From SAR202 cluster bacterium (GTDB lineage: Bacteria > Chloroflexota > Dehalococcoidia > UBA6926 > VFHL01), in assembly GCA_009392005.1 (NCBI GenBank), contig VFHL01000006.1, forward strand, positions 10,671-74,670: a DNA stretch of 64,000 nucleotides, read 5' to 3'. The translations under genes and the position numbers were made by a program. The notes below the pieces were generated by a model. It was not told the DNA's origin. It saw only the letters and a list, made by a program, of their open reading frames with translations, and did not search any database. Shown in pieces: positions 61,186-64,000 of this stretch. How positions within the stretch are numbered: the stretch's first letter is position 1; the number at the start of each line of letters is the position of its first letter.

Positions 61186-62520
61186 ATGCAATTGAAGAAA
61201 ATAGCCACCGCAATCCTGATAGATGAATCTGCCCAAAAGGATCGTGTTCTACTTTTGCGCAAGAATATTTCAACAGATCAACAACCAGGACTTTGGTCTG
61301 GCCTATCAACAAACCTTGAAGACGGTGCTATCCCAGAAGAGCGTGCGCGATCAGAGATATTGAACCAAACTAATATTCCTCCTGACAACCTTCATCTCCT
61401 CGCACGCGGTGAAATGATTTCCCGCCTAGATACATCGTTGAATAATGATTGGGAAATCTACCCTTTGTTATTTGGAATTACCCCAACCAGCAATCTGAAT
61501 CTAGACCAAATGTTCGTTGAGAGCCAATGGGTTCTACCAGAACAAATCATTGATTTTGATACCACTCCTCATTTCCGTGATGTATTTGATGCAGTGTATC
61601 CAATCGAAGTTCTATTGCTTGAAAAAGGCGAGGATTTAAGACGTCGCGTGCGACAAATTTCTCTAGATCAAAAGCGAGGCGCGTCCGAACTCGCCCAAGA
61701 CGCAGCTAGACTACTCAGAAATGTTGCTTTAACTACAAATGATGTCGCTATACTTGAAAAATCGTGTCTTATAGTCGCAGAATGTCGTCCAGCGGTCGCA
61801 CCAATTTGTAACATAGCATTAACCATATTGGGGGCAGCTCGTGGTGCCCTTAGCCGAGATCCTTTAGCCGCAGCTGCTCGAAGCGCGAAGCGGATGACTG
61901 CCGGATTGGAATCAGCATCTCAGTTGATTGCAGAATATGGACGTGTATACCTAAAAGGAACTGGTATTACTTTCTCCGCGTCATCGGCAGTGCGTGGCGC
62001 GCTTCTTGCAAACCAAGACCAAGTCACACGTGTACTCATCGCTAGATCGTCCACTTCAATGGAAGGACTTGATCAAGCTACAAAATTGAAACAATCAGGA
62101 TTTAACGTAGAAGTCATTGATGAATCTGAAGTTTCAAAAGTATTGAAAAGTGTAGATTTCGGCATGATAGGTGCCTCATCATATCTCGGTGATGGGTCGA
62201 TCGTGAATAGAAAGGGAACTTTAGCACTTGCGAATGCCGTTGTACAACAGGGTCTGCCATTCTACGTATTTGCTGATACTTTGAAACTTGCGCCATGGAC
62301 ACCAGATGCGCCGATCAAACTAGGATGGGAAGAACGCCAAGAAAGTTCAATGACCACTAAATCAGAAAATATCGGTGGTTATCCCAATTTTGAAATCGTC
62401 CCAAGCGACCTCATCACCAAATACGTGACCGATGAAGGGATCCGTAATCCAGACCAAATGGCCACGCTTGCCCGTAGTTCCGCTAAACTGTGGGCACAAC
62501 TAAATAATGCAAATAGGTAA
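61186..62520 (+). CDS. Nudix-like + eIF2B/MtnA/R15P-isomerase-like fusion protein (catalytic motifs degenerate)
   Basis: N-terminal RVLLLRK..PGLWSG..E..RARSEILNQT; C-terminal KRGASEL, CRPAVAP, GASSYLGDGSIVNRKGT, FEIVPSDLITKYVTDEG. Confidence 0.72.
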   Translation: MQLKKIATAILIDESAQKDRVLLLRKNISTDQQPGLWSGLSTNLEDGAIPEERARSEILNQTNIPPDNLHLLARGEMISRLDTSLNNDWEIYPLLFGITPTSNLNLDQMFVESQWVLPEQIIDFDTTPHFRDVFDAVYPIEVLLLEKGEDLRRRVRQISLDQKRGASELAQDAARLLRNVALTTNDVAILEKSCLIVAECRPAVAPICNIALTILGAARGALSRDPLAAAARSAKRMTAGLESASQLIAEYGRVYLKGTGITFSASSAVRGALLANQDQVTRVLIARSSTSMEGLDQATKLKQSGFNVEVIDESEVSKVLKSVDFGMIGASSYLGDGSIVNRKGTLALANAVVQQGLPFYVFADTLKLAPWTPDAPIKLGWEERQESSMTTKSENIGGYPNFEIVPSDLITKYVTDEGIRNPDQMATLARSSAKLWAQLNNANR

Positions 62521-62525
62521 GATAT

Positions 62526-63305
62526 ATGCACATACTGATAAGTAACGATGACGGGGTAAATGCGCCAGGAATTTGGAACCTTGTCAATGCACTGAAAGAT
62601 TTGGGCAAGATCACTGTTGTTGCTCCAGATCGCGAACAAAGTGGAGCAAGTTCCAGCATCACCCTGCATAACCCATTGAGGGTCACCAAGATGCCTCGAG
62701 AAGACATTGCAACCTATACTGTAGATGGGACACCCTCGGATGCTGTGATCGTCGGGATTGGCCATATCTTGTATAAACAAAAAATCGACCTTGTTGTATC
62801 TGGGATCAATAGTGGTTCAAATATGGGAAGTGATCTTCTTTATTCGGGAACCGTTGGAGCCGCTTTGCAAGGTCATCACATGCGAATCCCAGCCCTATCT
62901 CTCTCCGTAACGTCAGTCCGTGAACCACGATTTGATATTGCAGCGTCATTAGCAAAGACACTTGCACCCTTAATGGTGGAGCAACGTCTATTTCGGCAGA
63001 TCTTACTGAATGTTAATGTACCGAGCGAACCACTCGACAAGCTGGAAGGAATCGAAATTACCCGAGTTGCAAAGACACGGTTCGGTTTCCGGACAAAAAA
63101 GGGAGATGATGGACGACGCGAGTTTGTATGGATAACCCGAAACAACCGATGGGCCCGATATCAACCTGAAGAAGGAACTGATGTTTGGGCGGTAAAAAAC
63201 AAACGTATCTCAATGACACCTATCTGGACGGATATCACCCACACTGAAACGTTGCCACGGCTTAACCGAATCCAAAGCGCAGCACGAAATGCCTTAGACC
63301 TCTAA
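62526..63305 (+). CDS. surE: 5'/3'-nucleotidase SurE
   Basis: ISNDDGVNAPG, VAPDREQSG, DGTPSD, SGINSGSN, YSGTVGAA, LNVNVP. Confidence 0.96.
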   Translation: MHILISNDDGVNAPGIWNLVNALKDLGKITVVAPDREQSGASSSITLHNPLRVTKMPREDIATYTVDGTPSDAVIVGIGHILYKQKIDLVVSGINSGSNMGSDLLYSGTVGAALQGHHMRIPALSLSVTSVREPRFDIAASLAKTLAPLMVEQRLFRQILLNVNVPSEPLDKLEGIEITRVAKTRFGFRTKKGDDGRREFVWITRNNRWARYQPEEGTDVWAVKNKRISMTPIWTDITHTETLPRLNRIQSAARNALDL

Positions 63306-63363
63306 TCGTCACCCTTGTAAACCTTGTCCATGCTGCAGCTTGCTGCTACTCTTTCCCACGTGT

Positions 63364-63439
63364 GGGGATATAGCTCAGTTGGGAGAGCGCGGCGTTCGCA
63401 ATGCCGAGGTCGGGGGTTCGAATCCCCCTATCTCCACCA
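63364..63439 (+). tRNA. tRNA-Ala (CGC)
   Basis: GGGGATATAGCTCAGTTGGGAGAGCGCGGCGTTCGCAATGCCGAGGTCGGGGGTTCGAATCCCCCTATCTCCACCA: cloverleaf, G3:U70 pair, CCA end. Confidence 0.98.
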
Positions 63440-63561
63440 AACTCATTCAGTTCCTCTTGAAATGCACCTTTTTACCTTGACAATCCTTATGTCAACCTTC
63501 TAAACTACGCATAACTGTTTACATCCTCGTAAAGGTCGCATGAAGAGACGGGAGAAATGTT

Positions 63562-64000
63562 ATGGATTTTGGTGTTGTTTATACCCAAGAACAGGAACTA
63601 TTCCGCAAAGAAGTACGAGCTTGGCTAGAGGACAACGTTCCCGAGGAAATGAAAGTCCCTTACGATGAAGCGAACTATACCTCGGAGATGCACGAGTTCT
63701 GGAAGCAGAAGCAGAATGAGCTCGGTAAAAAAGGGTGGCTGTTTTCCACATACAAGGAAGAGGATGGCGGAGGTGGTCTATCACCAGACCATCGATCCGT
63801 TATTGAAGAAGAATTCAGAGAGTACCGTGCAATGCGACCCATAACATCAACTTACACTGTTGACGTCCTCTCTGTTTGGGCCAACGACGACCAAAAAGAT
63901 AAATTCCTTCGCCCACTACTCCAAGGCGAAAAATTTGAACATATGCGCATGACAGAACCTCATTCAGGTGCCGATCTAGCAGATTATCGTGGAAAGGCTG
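63562..64000 (+). CDS. Acyl-CoA dehydrogenase family protein (partial, runs off the window end)
   Basis: Manual translation: MDFGVVYTQEQELFRKEVRAWLEDN..LGKKGWL..GGGGLS..DQKDKFLRPLLQGE..MTEPHSGADLA; SD GGAG. Confidence 0.88.
   Translation, partial: MDFGVVYTQEQELFRKEVRAWLEDNVPEEMKVPYDEANYTSEMHEFWKQKQNELGKKGWLFSTYKEEDGGGGLSPDHRSVIEEEFREYRAMRPITSTYTVDVLSVWANDDQKDKFLRPLLQGEKFEHMRMTEPHSGADLADYRGKA

Noticed and set aside
63560..63784. 74-aa minus-strand ORF
   Set aside because: Shadow of the plus-strand acyl-CoA dehydrogenase starting at 63562.
1..64000. CRISPR arrays, rRNA, transposases, integrases, phage or defence genes
   Set aside because: No regularly spaced repeat-spacer units or diagnostic motifs seen by eye; a dedicated tool scan was not possible.

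Overview
A 64 kb bacterial chromosome segment, mostly core genome. Gene content and insertion patterns suggest Chloroflexota of the Dehalococcoidia/SAR202 type, but this is inference. Core loci: infC-rpmI-rplT plus tRNA-Ala(GGC); a PyrR-attenuated operon pyrR-pyrB-pyrC-carA-orfX-carB-pyrK, with pyrD located elsewhere after rpoC; nadK; a type-E succinate dehydrogenase (CCG anchor, no cytochrome b); mdh; a pccB-like carboxyltransferase; hisH-hisA; pcrA; a stand-alone rpoBC; gatCA; an Lrp/aminotransferase pair; surE; and tRNA-Ala(CGC). Three loci stand out. (1) A pantothenate operon behind a pan-motif-like leader and terminator. Its first gene is a ThnT/NylC-type self-cleaving amidohydrolase, and it is followed by a doubly degenerate Nudix-eIF2B fusion and surE; this is a candidate CoA/pantetheine salvage-and-sensing module. 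(2) Four tandem SDR paralogs in B-A-B-A order, in which some residues group by type and others by pair, suggesting two heteromeric or stereo-complementary dehydrogenase pairs. (3) A probably leaderless gene for a lipoprotein gluzincin, between G10/G5/G9 tracts and a tRNA 3' end. I saw no CRISPR array, rRNA, integrase or transposase. All calls come from motif reading by eye; no database searches were run.
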